This document shows, piece by piece, positions 24,298 to 36,273 of a DNA stretch of 64,000 nucleotides. Below the pieces are notes generated by a model, which was given only the letters and a program-made list of their open reading frames with translations, was not told the DNA's origin and ran no database searches. The first letter of the stretch is position 1; each line of letters opens with the position of its first letter. The stretch is from Octopus sinensis (lineage: Eukaryota): contig NC_043003.1 of the NCBI RefSeq assembly GCF_006345805.1, positions 37,572,001 to 37,636,000 on the forward strand, given 5' to 3'. The translations under genes and the position numbers were made by a program.

Positions 24298-25658
24298 ACA
24301 AATACAAAGAAAATTGACTTATAGTTCATCAGAATATCTGAAAAAAGAACAGAAAAGAATAATTTCACAGAAGGCCAATGGGATCCCGTCGGACCCCAAT
24401 GATCATATTTATGTTATAACATCCTTATGACTGGAAATTTTTAACTCAAAATTTGTATGTGCATACATAAACTATTGACAATAAATGTCATGAGATATAA
24501 AATCATTTAAATAAAAAATGTAAAAGTTGCATAACTTTTAAAATTTGCTGGAGTCCCAAGGGACCCTGCCAGCCCTTGAAGGGTTAATCAGATTTTTTTT
24601 ACACTTCTTTCAAAATGCATTGGCTTTGTTTCAGTTAATTTTGAAAATGATGAAGAATTTGGCAAAATAACTTGCTCACTTTCAATCTGGTGAGAACAAA
24701 TTAATATAGAAATCTGATGGGAATTTTTAATTTAGATTACTTTAAAACTAGAAGTTTGTATCACTGAATCAGGGGTGGTCTCAGATTAGTATCAAAAGGA
24801 TTAAGCAGGAATGAAGACTGTGGTATATTGTTTCATGTAAGCTTTGTGAAGCCCATGAGAGAATCTGTATATGGTTGCTCTACCTGACAGAAACACCAAC
24901 CAGCTTAATCTCCCTCCAACCACAGTCCTATTTTTCATTTCACTTGAAAAAAATGCTGGATGGTCATGGTTGGAAACATCATTATCATTTAGCGTCTGTT
25001 TCCATGCCAGCATGGGTTAGATGGTTTGATTGGAACTAGTAAGTCAGAGGGCCATACCAGGCTCCAGTCTGGTTTGGCTTGATTTCAACAGGTGGATGCC
25101 CTTCCTAACACCAAGCACTCCAAGAGTGTAGTGGGTGTCTTTTACATGTCACTGGCACAGGTACTTTATACATGTCACTGGCATAGTTACCTTTAATGTG
25201 TCACCAGCACAGGCCACAACTATGGTTTCACTTGGCTTGACATGTCTTTTCAAGCACAGCAAATCGCCAAAAGTCTCAATCATTTGGCATTGCCTCTTAT
25301 AGACTTGTTGAATCAGAGTTGACCAAGGATTATACAAAAATTCTTTTTTAATTCTGGCACAAGGCTAGCAATTTGGAGGAGAAGAAGAAAGCCAATTACA
25401 TTGACCCCCAGTATTAGATTGCTACTTTAGTTTATTGATCCCTGAGGAATGAAAGACAAACTTGACCCTGGTGGAATTTGAATTTACAATATAATGAGTT
25501 GGGAGAAATGCCAAAAAGCATTTTTGTCCAACATACCAAAAATTCTGCCAGCATACAGCCTTAGATTATACATCAATAACAACAATGTCAACTGGAAGTT
25601 TGCCTTTTGCTCTCCAAAAGTTGCTATGTAATGATTAATGAATTACTTTAATAATTTT

Positions 25659-25890
25659 TTAACTCATTAGTATTCAGATTACTCTGTCAAATTATTCACT
25701 TATTTATTCATATACTGTTTTAAATTAATCATACATTTTATCTCATAGCTTTGAGATTTCGATGATGTAATCATTTAATTTTAGAATGACATTGTAGGGT
25801 AAGCGTGAAAGGTTGAATCTGGTCAGTTTGAGCATATAACAGGTAGAATATTTTGACCCGATATGGTTGCTTTAAATGCTAAAAGGATAA
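25659..25890. mobile_element. piggyBac-type MITE family 1
   Basis: Homology to 48820-49033; TTAA at the left end. Confidence 0.7.
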
Positions 25891-27090
25891 TGGCACTATT
25901 CTTTCTAATTTTTGCTGTTAATCATAATGCTATAGACCTTGTAATATAAAACATAAAGTTACATGTGAAATATGATGCACAATATAAAAATATAATTTAT
26001 TCATTAAAAACAATATGAAAAAAAACATTCTTTTAGCAAATTTATTAATCATCTTTGGCAGTTATTGATCAGTTGCATCAATCCCAACACCTATATTAAA
26101 AATCTAAAAATTTGGAATGTAAAATCACAAAATATACTTAACCTTCATTTAATCAAAAATCATTAGGATTCTCACCTAATAACCAAAATTGAATCATGCA
26201 GCAATTTATTACATTTCTCAATATTCCTTACTCATTCTCACACACATATACACATGTGTGTATGTGTGTGTGTGTGTGTGTAACTCTCTCTTTCTCACTC
26301 TCTGTGTATATGTAAGATATTTAAGAAGATATGTCTGTCTGATGAAACCTCATTATATTTAAAAGACATTTTATTATTCTTGAAAAACCGGTTTTTTTAA
26401 CGGTGTAGAAACAGTTGTAATTAACTAGATGTGTTATTTGTTTGTATAAAATAATAAATTTGAATTGAATTTATCATTTAATGATTAAATTATTTAATTG
26501 TTCAATTTATTATTTTGGTTTCCATTTCTAATTAATATATATGTATATATATGTGTGTATATATATATATGTGTGTGTGTGTGTGTACGTATGTATGTAT
26601 ATACACACACACACACACAATTTTCAATTCTCAATCATCTAAAGAAGATATTTAATCAATGAAAGTGCACAATGGCTCAACAGGTAGCTGGTGCTATGAC
26701 AATGTATAAATTAAACATATGAGAAGACTGGACCTCAGAATGGTCTATTCACTTCATCAGTTGTTGTTGAACTAAAGATTGCTTTAGGCAAATGTCTTCT
26801 ACTTAATGCTTCAGGTTGACCAAAGCCTTGTGAGTGAATTCGGCAGATGGAAGCTGAAAGAATACTCTCGTATATATGTGTATGTGTTTGCATCTGTATT
26901 TGTTGCATCTCCCTCATTGCTTGACAAGCAGTTTTGGTGTATTTATGTCCCCGTAACTTAGCAGTTCAACAAAAGAGACCGATAGAAAAAGTACTGGGGT
27001 CTATTCATTCAACTAAGATTCTTTCAGATGGTGCTCCAGCATGGCCACAGTCTAATGACTGGACTGAAACTAGTAAAATATAAAAGGTAA

Positions 27091-27144
<54 letters not shown>

Positions 27145-27145
<1 letters not shown>

Positions 27146-27592
27146 CAAACCAAATCAAAATAGATGAACATCAATGGAATTTGTATCTTTGTGGTACCAG
27201 TGCCGGTGGCACATAAGAAAACCATCCGAACGTGGCCGTAGCCAGTACCGCATCGACTGGCCTCCATGCTGTGGGCACGTAACAAACACCATCCGATCGT
27301 GGCTGTTCGCCAGCCTCGTCTGGCACCTGTGTCAGTGGCACAAAAAAAACAAAAAACACCATCCAAGCGTGGCTGTTCGCCAGCCTCGTCTGGCACCTGT
27401 GTCGGTGGCACATAAAATCACCCACTACACTCTTGGAGTGGTTGGCATTAGGAAGGGCATCCAGCTGTAGAAACACTGCCAGATCTGACTGGCCTGGTGC
27501 AGCCTTCGGGCTCCCCAGACCCCAGTTAAACCGTCCAACCCATGCTAGCATGGAAAGCGGACGCTAAACGATGATGATGATGATGATGATGA
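27145..27592 (+). mobile_element. RTE LINE 3'UTR copy after a (TA)n tract
   Basis: Closely similar to 60700-61200 but with one fewer ~63-bp unit; (GAT)n tail. Confidence 0.9.
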
Positions 27593-27761
27593 TATATATA
27601 TATAGCAGCTGTTGACATCATGAGCAGTTGTTGTGTAAACTGAAAAAGAATAGACATGACAATGAAACAGTCACATAATGTATCACAAAAAAATAATACC
27701 TGTCATAAAAAGAAGTAGGGAAAATATTTTCAGCATGCTCTACTTGGAGAATATAAGTTGG

Positions 27762-27985
27762 GGGCGGCAAGCTGGCAGAATCGTTAGCACGCCGGGTGAA
27801 ATGTTTAGTGGTATTTCACAGGCGTTCTGAGCTCAGATTCTCATTACGTTCTGAGCTCAGATTCTGCCAAGGTCGACTTTGCCTTTCAGGGTCGATTAAA
27901 TAAGTACCAGTTATGCACTGGGATCAATGTAATCGACTTAACCCCTTTGTCTGTCCTTGTTTGTCCCCTCTGTGTTTAACCCCCT
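27762..27985 (+). mobile_element. SINE family A
   Basis: Consensus head and body, with a short internal duplication of CGTTCTGAGCTCAGATTCT. Confidence 0.85.
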
Positions 27986-28444
27986 TTTTGAGGAGTTGGC
28001 TGCATGAGACATGATTTAAGTCACACTACTAAAATAATTCAAGGTAATTCTTTGTTAGGCATTCCATTCAGAAAGTCCTGCAGGTCACAGTTTGTCCATG
28101 AATGGTTTATAGTTTTGGTGTCAAAATAATTTGCAAGTTATTATACATTTAAAATAAACATCAGGTCCAATTCACAAATTTTCTTATCTCTCCATGCCAT
28201 ACAAATTTATTGAAATTCATTATTATAACTGCATTAAAAAAAAAAAAGATAAAATTAAAACGGAGTAGTTTTGCTGAAGCATTATATCAAAAAGGTCCAT
28301 TGTAAGCCTGGAATGATGCAAGAAGGTACACAGTAAACTATAAAAGGAAAAGGAAAATAAAGCAAAACAAAGTTGCAATTTTACCTGGTGTTTCTATATT
28401 TCATGGTTATGACCCATTCTTTAGGACATTTGGAAAAAGCGAGG

Positions 28445-28890
28445 GATGGAAGTGTGGCTGTATGGTTAAGAATTTTGCTTCTCAACCCATGGTTTTGAGT
28501 TCAGTCCTACAGTGTGACACCTCTGGCAAGTGTCTTCTACTATAACCCCAGGCCAATCAATGCCTTGTGAATGGATTTGGTAGATAGGAACTGAAAGAAG
28601 CCTGTGATTGTATGTATGTATGTATATGTGTGTGCATGTGTATATGTGTGTGAGTGTGTGCATGTTTGTGTTTCCTAGTATTGGCATTGGGTGATTGTGG
28701 TCAATGAAAGTCATTCCTTTCCAATTTTCTGCAAAAATGTTTGACCATGGGGAAATATTAACCTTGCCTGGAAAAAGGTAAGGGTTGGTGACAGGCAAAG
28801 CATCTGGCCACAGAAAATTTACCTCAACAAAATCTGTCCAGTCCATATCAGTAGGAAAAGTGGACGTCAAAACAACAATGATGATGATTG
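28445..28890 (+). mobile_element. CORE-type SINE (family B variant) with RTE-like tail
   Basis: tRNA head and CORE-like block; 3' end resembles the RTE tail and ends in (GAT)n. Confidence 0.7.
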
Positions 28891-29339
28891 TTGATGTAGT
28901 TGAAGGTATGTTATATTTAAGGAAGAGGACAGCCAATTCGGCAACCAAAACCAACACTAAACCATGATGAGTATGGTCCACAGACTGAGAAGTAAAAATG
29001 GTAAAAAAAAAATTTTAAAAAGCAACAGCAGTCATTATTTTTAATCTGAACAGTCAGGTAATAGCATCCAGACTGTTTCTTCTTGACCATCATCCATATC
29101 AGTCATCAAAACCATTATTACCAGTGCAAAAGAATATTTCATTAACCCTGTTATATTACCAAAGTTCTGAATCTTGTGTAACATTTCTTGTATTATATTC
29201 TTTTCATCATCTTTTCAGAAACCTCAATTGAGTCACTAAGTGGAAACAGGTTCTGTTGTACGCCAGAATAGGAAGACACTGTGTGAGAGGAGTCAGCTAT
29301 CTTGGATGGGGAGTATTCACTAAATATTCCCCATCCAAG

Positions 29340-29537
29340 AATATTTTGCAAGTTTAAGAGTAAAGAGTATTCAATATTTTGTGAGTTTGTGAGCAAAGTG
29401 TATCCGATATCGTGTGTTGAGAGCAACGTCTGTCGCATATTTCGTACGTTTTAGAGCAAAGAGTACCAAATATTTTGTGAGTTTGAGAGCAAAAAGTGTG
29501 TTTCAATATTTTATGAAGTTGAGAGCAAAAATGGGTC
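29340..29537. repeat. Degenerate minisatellite, six ~33-bp units
   Basis: Consensus AATATTTTGTGAGTTTGAGAGCAAAGAGTATTC; unit lengths 33, 33, 30, 33, 36 and ~33. Confidence 0.8.
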
Positions 29538-29639
29538 AGCTAAATGTACAAGAAACAAACGTTGATTTTTCTCGTAGTAAACTCCGACAAGCCAACCGTT
29601 TAAGTAAAAAAATATTTTAAAAATAAAATTCCAAAAGAA

Positions 29640-30401
29640 AGCAAAATTAAACGAAACACGAGAAACGCAATCGTAATAAATAAGCAAAAAAATACCGCAG
29701 TGATATCGAAATCTTGCTTCAATTCATATTTTAAAGCATATCGTGTCTTCCATAGCATTAAACTGCTGACTGTTGTAGTCAGGGTGGCGCGTTGTCAGAT
29801 GTAGCGTTGAGGAAGAGGTAATGGCTGCGTCTGGTTATCTTTCGGGCACCTAACTGCTCGTGCTTCACTATTTTTACTTTTGTGCTAAACATTTTATCCA
29901 TCTTTTATTCCTTTCTTGGCTTCAATCTGATTCATTATCCTCTTTTGTTTTTTTTTTAGCAATTTCTTTTATGCTTTCTCTTCCGTTATCAACTCATTCC
30001 TTCCCTTACTATTTTCTCCCTTACATGCTCCCATATTATATGTGGGAATTTTGTTGTTTTTCGCTTGCATTCCGACAACAGTTCTCAATAAAAACTGCTG
30101 CTACACTTCCAGTTGGGTGTCATCAGCGATGACCCGGGTACTTACGCCCGGCATTGGCCCCTAAATAATAGCTCACAACACACCACAACAAACATAGCCA
30201 TTAACATCAACAACCTTACGTCACCCTGGAAGGAAGCAGAAGTGTACAAGGGAGAAAGAGAAAAAGGTGGAAAGGGAAGGATAAGGTCTGTTTTGGTGGT
30301 GGTGTTGTTATTGTTACTGCTGCTGTCGCCTCCACCTCTTCAACAACAAAAAAATAAACAAACTCAAACCAAAAATTTGGTCAAAATAACACAAGAATAA
30401 A
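29640..30401 (+). promoter_or_regulatory. Putative FAM91A1 promoter / 5'UTR, possibly bidirectional
   Basis: Repeat-free block with locally raised CpG/GC directly upstream of the ATG. Confidence 0.5.
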
Positions 30402-30473
30402 ATGAACAGCGACGTCGAGGATCATATTCGTCAGAATACACCATGGTCGAAACTACCAGGACTAGTAAAGCAG
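30402..30473 (+). CDS. FAM91A1: FAM91A1 first coding exon (MNSDVEDHIRQNTPWSKLPGLVKQ)
   Basis: About 16/24 identity by eye to the recalled human N-terminus MNIDVEFHIRHNYPWNKLPANVRQ; CAG|GTAAGA donor directly after Q24. Confidence 0.9.
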
Positions 30474-30705
30474 GTAAGAATAACTATAAACCATTTTTCT
30501 CTACATGTCAGTTACGAAAAGGGACGACACAATCAATTTATATATATTGACGCCTCCTCCTTGCCATCACACAACCTATCCAATAATCTCCTTTGATGCT
30601 GTGTGCTACTGTTTGTCTGTATAAAATATGACTTCTCTCAAGAATTGTCACATTGTGATACATACACTGATTCTATGTTTATACATAATGTAATTTATAT
30701 TGTGC

Positions 30706-30706
<1 letters not shown>

Positions 30707-30750
<44 letters not shown>
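30707..30750. repeat. (CA)n microsatellite
   Basis: About 22 uninterrupted CA units. Confidence 0.95.
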
Positions 30751-30752
<2 letters not shown>

Positions 30753-30894
30753 GCGCGCGTATGCGTTTTTATTTATATACATATACATTTATATACATAT
30801 ACACGCTCTACATTATGTATTAGCCGATTTATTGAGATATCTTCTCGACCTCCATTATATACGCATATATAAATCCACACATATAAATTGGCAA

Positions 30895-31900
30895 TGCACA
30901 GGAAAGCAAGGAATTTGGTGTGCAGACAGGTGCCCAGCAGGAATCAGTTCTCAGCCTCCTCCTGTTTATTGTAGTTCTCAGGCCATAACAGGTTGTTTAA
31001 GACTGGCTACCTGTGGCAATTTCTGCATACCGATGATCCTATCAAGAAAAATCTGAAGATAGCCAAGACAAAAGTTGTAGTTAGCAGGAACAAAGACAGG
31101 ACTCTACTGCCATCTGAGAGGTGGCCATGCTCAGTCTGAGAGAAAAGAACTGGTAGGTAGGAACTCAGTACCTTGTGCTCAGTATAAATAAACTATGGGT
31201 GCACAAGGCATGCAGTAGGATTGCATGTAGGCTAACAGAAAAGGACTTTGTACGTAGCAGATGCCTAAGTATAATGTACTAGTAGGAACATATATAAAAT
31301 AAATTCTTTCAGATGCGTAGAGAGCTCCCCGGGAATCGATGGCTCCTATTACCTAAGTGTCCAAAGTAGCAGCAGAGCAGACCGTTCTGAAAACATAGTA
31401 GCCCAAGTAAAAAGGGGTTGGGTAGCTATTACCCCTGCTGGCAACAAAGGGTCCTTTTCCTCTCTCCTAGTGAAGAGCATATTGTCTGATGTGTGTGTAT
31501 GGAGTGTGATGCTGTGTGGTTAATGAAACAGGAGCATCATATGTGGAGGGTGGATGCATGAAGAGCTGGAAAGAAATTATGTATGTTCTGCTGGATGCGT
31601 AATGTTAGTGTGAGTGAATGAGAAGGTACATATGAAGAGTCAGGTATAGTGTGTTAGAGAAATGATAGCTGAAAGAGACGTGATGTGTATGGAGGATGGC
31701 AGTTGGGTAAAGGAAGTGCCAAGGAATCCAAGTGGAAGGAATCTATGGAAGAGAAAAACTGGTGGTGAAGGCTAATCCCAAGAAGTTAAACCTCACAAAA
31801 GAGATAACAAAGGACTGCAACAAGTGGCAAAACACTGTTTTGGAGAACATCCAGTCAACCTTGGCAAGCATGGAAATAAAGGGACCTAAAATGATGATAA
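30895..31900 (+). mobile_element. Old degraded RTE LINE 3' half
   Basis: Relic of EFGVQTGAQQESVLSLLLFIVV (compare VGVHQGSVLSPLLFIIV), the zinc-finger region and the 3' end. Confidence 0.75.
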
Positions 31901-32015
31901 TAACTAGATATGGCAAAATATATACCGATATACACACATATAACACACACTCACACATATATAAAAGAGTGTGTCATGCCAGCATGGAAGGTGGATGTTA
32001 AAAGATGATGATGAT

Positions 32016-32046
<31 letters not shown>

Positions 32047-33899
32047 AATATAAATACAAAAAAAACCCCAACAATACGAAGACATGGTACATGTAAAGTA
32101 TTAGCAGGCACTCAGGGAAGGAAAGAAAGATGGTTTAATGCTTCGAGCAATGCTCTTCTTCAGAAACAGGAAAGTCCAATAGAAAGGAAGACGGAGGAAG
32201 AAAATTGCCAACGATTCACATGTGGTTATGGAGATCCATCATCAAACAATGGATCTCTATCGTTTGACAAAGAGGATTCGTCTGTTTGATGAACTGGATA
32301 ACCTGCTACAAAATTAATGCGTAAATGGATGAGAGTTCCATAAACACATGTACCCTCAATGTGATTTTCAGTTACACAATGTGTGACAATATTGTACCAT
32401 TTGAATTACAAATATAATCCACTCAACAGACTCCTATGCAGTTTCCTTCTATCCAATTTCAGTCACAAGGTATGGGTTGATCCAAGGCTATAGAAAATGA
32501 CACTTGTCCAAGATGCTGCCTTGAGATTGAAACCAGGATCTTAATTATTTGGCTGTACTGAACCTATATATATATAATTAGTATTTTAAGCACTATAAAA
32601 TGTATCCACTGAATTTAAGAGCTCAATTATTAACCTATTATATTGTTAAACTTCAATATATTATCCTTTCCTAATTTTGGCACAAGCCCAGCAATTTTGA
32701 GATTAGTGGGCAAGTCAATTACATTGGCTCCAGTACCCGACTGGTACTTACTTTATTGGCCCTGAAAGGATGAAAAGCAAAATCGAGCTCGGGTACCATT
32801 TGAACTCTGAATGTAATGGGCTGGAAGAATTGCTAGTAAGCATATTGTCCAGTGCTGTAACAATTCTGCCAGTTTGCTACCTTCACTTCAATATATTATT
32901 AAAATGCAATAATCTTAAATAGAATGGATTTGCATATGTGTAAATTGAGTGTTCAGAGTAGCAAATCTAGAAGAGCAAAAAAGTAAAGATTTCACAGATG
33001 TTTTAAAGTTTCATGCTAAGTTCTACAGCTGTTTCGGTGGTTAGAATACAAACATCATCATCCATACCATTATGCAATTAAGAGATTAAAAAATACGTTT
33101 AAATGATTTAAATGTGATGGATAAACCTTCACATTTAAGGTGGTGCTCCAGCATAGCCACAGTCAAATGACTGTAATGAGTAAAAAGAACAAAAGAATAA
33201 ACCATTTCATCAGGAATTCCTCATAAAATGCAGGCATGGCTGCATGGTTCAAAAGTTTGCCTCCCACCGTGTGGTTTCAGGTTCAGTCCCACCATGTGAC
33301 ACCTTGGGCAAGTGTTTTCTACAATATATACATGAAGTGGGTGCTGTCCTTGTCTTCACATCACATGATCATTGTAAATGAACATCATTCATGTCCAGTG
33401 TTCTGTGAAAAACATATCAAGCCATGGTGCTCCAGCATGGTTGCAGTTCTTCGACTTTAACCACAAAATGACTATAAGAATGGGGGAAATATTACCATGC
33501 TTGAAAACAGTTGAGGGTTGGTGACAGAAAGGGCACCCAACTGTAGAAAATCTGCCTCAACAAATTCCATCTGACCCTTTAAGAGAAGACCCTTATTCTG
33601 GCCATGATAGATTTAACCTCTCTGATTACTAGTGTCATGATAAAATGCACCCTGTACAATATGTAAAACGGTTGGCATTAGAAAGCGTATCCAGCCATAG
33701 AAACCACAGCAAAAATAGAATGTCTGGGTGATAGATGTCTCTGATCCATTTACAAGTGCAGGAAATCTGTATAAAAAAAACTGACCCAGAGAGTGATATC
33801 CCATCTCATCCTCATCAACATAGAAAACAGATTAGTGATGAAGATGATATCGTCATACTCTCCCTAGATACATGCATGTGTGAGTGATATATCTTAGAG

Positions 33900-33950
<51 letters not shown>

Positions 33951-36238
33951 CTTAATGTAGCTTGATGAGTGTGTGTGCTTGTGTTTTGATTTCCATGTAT
34001 AACTACCAAGTTGTGCATATAGAGGTGAAATGAATTGTCATGATATATTGGAAAACAAACTGCATGGATCATGAATATGAATGCAGTGCAGGCATTTAAC
34101 TGTCTGTAATCCTGTTAAAACCTACACGCCCCGTTTCACCTATTTATAGGGGAAAATATCAGCCCTTTGAGAAAGCATGAGATTGTCAGTGACCTATCCA
34201 GAGAGAAAATCGTTGCCACATTCTTTTAATGGAATCACTTGTTCTGGGGATCCCTTTATACGCTGTATATGCAACCAATTGTAGCTTTGTGATATATATT
34301 TATGTGTCTGCTTACTCAGGCACACACACGTACTTATGTGTTTGTATGTACATTCATGTCCGTATGTATGAATATATGGATGCATATGGATATGTGTATA
34401 CACACACACACATGTATCAAAAATTAAAGTTTGGTTTTATTTAAATTAAAATCGTTTCCAGAATAATGATAACAACAGTAATGACAGCAGCAATGATCTT
34501 CATGATTTCTGATAAATTTGCCTTGCAGTTATTTATTGGGCAGGCCAAGGGTGAAATAAGCGAGTCACTTTTGTCACGCAACTGTATTACGATTCAACAT
34601 CAATTCTATATTCTATTTGGGAACCCTTGTACAATTAGTGAGCTAATTAAAAATACCACAGCCCACATTCATTCTGTGTGTGAGTGAGTGTAAGACAGAT
34701 ACAGATAGCAGGCTGAAGATAACCGACCTCTATTTAGAAAATTCAGTAATACACCGTGAAGATATAAACATTACCTCATTTATTTGTCATTATATATGCC
34801 CGAAAGTTCTCTCTCTCTCTCTCGCTCACAAATACACACACACACATAGGTATATATGTATGTATAGATAGATAGATAGATAGATAGGTAGATAGATAGA
34901 TATGTATGTATATATTATATTATAGGGCGTTGTTTGTACGTGTAACTTGTTTAAAAGCATCGATTCTAACATCCATCGAATTTCATCGTCATTGTAATAT
35001 TGTGAAGCCACAAAAACCTGCATGTAGATCTATATAAACATGTGCATCTATTTTCCTGTCCTTATGTTTTATCTCATGAACATATTTTGATACATACACA
35101 CGTTTGTATCAGTGTTTACGATAGGTATGTTTATGAAGGAATATTACAGATTCCATTCCTTTTTTTTTTGTTCTTCTCATTCGTGCTCTTGAAAACAGCA
35201 TCCTCATCTCTTGAACATACGTACACACATATGGTTTTTATGTGTTATGTATTGATGGTTTGGCGGCTTGGCAAAAAAAAAAGTAATCATACATTTACAT
35301 ACACTGCATACATATGTGTAGGTGTAACTGTTTCTCCATTAATTACGAGTCTCTAATATAATAAATCTGTGAATGTACATCAGTATTCTCTTTCCACTTT
35401 TATTTTAGTCTCTCTCTTTCTCTTTAACTCTATTGAAATATCTCAATTTCCCTTATCTTTCTTTCCTCTGTGTTTCTGCTACCTATCTGTCCATCTATTT
35501 ACGTATCTCTTTGTATTTATCTGCCAGTACTCTTGTGGTCTCGAAAGGGTTTTAAAGGCCAGTAAAGTGCTTATATCTAGTCCCAAGCCATTTGAACAGA
35601 TGATAGATAGGATGTCAACCCGTTAGGTTGAGGTAACATTCCCTACTGGTGTCACCTGGAAGCCAGGTGAACTGGAGGTAGAATTAGGTGTTCTACCGAA
35701 GTACGTCATTAAATTACCATCTTTAGAATTGAATTCAAGAACTGAACTAGTTTTTATAGATATATACACTTATGTATTTTGCTTCTACACACACATTAAT
35801 CAAATCTTTGAAAGCGTTGCTCCAGCATGAGCGTAGTGCAGTGACTGAAACCTGCAAGCGAATAAAAAGAACGTGTGCATACACGCAATCACATGCACAT
35901 ATACACGTACACAAGCCTACCTGTCTATATATCTAAACACCTACCTACTTACCTGTCTGTATATCAACTTCTCTATGTATCTATCTATTGTTTTCCCTCA
36001 CACACACACACATACATACATGTATGTATGTGCAGGTAGATATACGCATACAAACACAGAAATACATTCACTCATATACATGCACACAAATCTACCTGTC
36101 CTTATATCTAACTACCTACTTACCTACCTGTCTGTATATCTAACTCCCTATTGGTTTTCCCCTCACACGTATACACACATGTCTGAATGTGTGTATGTAT
36201 GTGTGAGTGTGTGTATATATATATATATATGTGTGCGC

Positions 36239-36273
<35 letters not shown>

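Noticed and set aside
26337-26420. CUGAUGA ... GAAACAGUUGUA hammerhead-like pair
   Set aside because: About 60 nt apart with no convincing stem II or stem I.
29340-29537. CRISPR-like array
   Set aside because: Units are contiguous and degenerate with no unique spacers, no cas genes, and the context is eukaryotic.
33010-33070. Minus-strand GAAACAGCUGUA palindromic stem III
   Set aside because: Upstream box reads GAUGAUGA and stems are absent; at most a very old relic.
34140-34149. MEF2 consensus CTATTTATAG
   Set aside because: A single AT-rich 10-mer is expected by chance in this genome.
35610-35700. Three consecutive short hairpins
   Set aside because: Region looks like a decayed antisense SINE; 6-8-bp stems are not enough to call an ncRNA.
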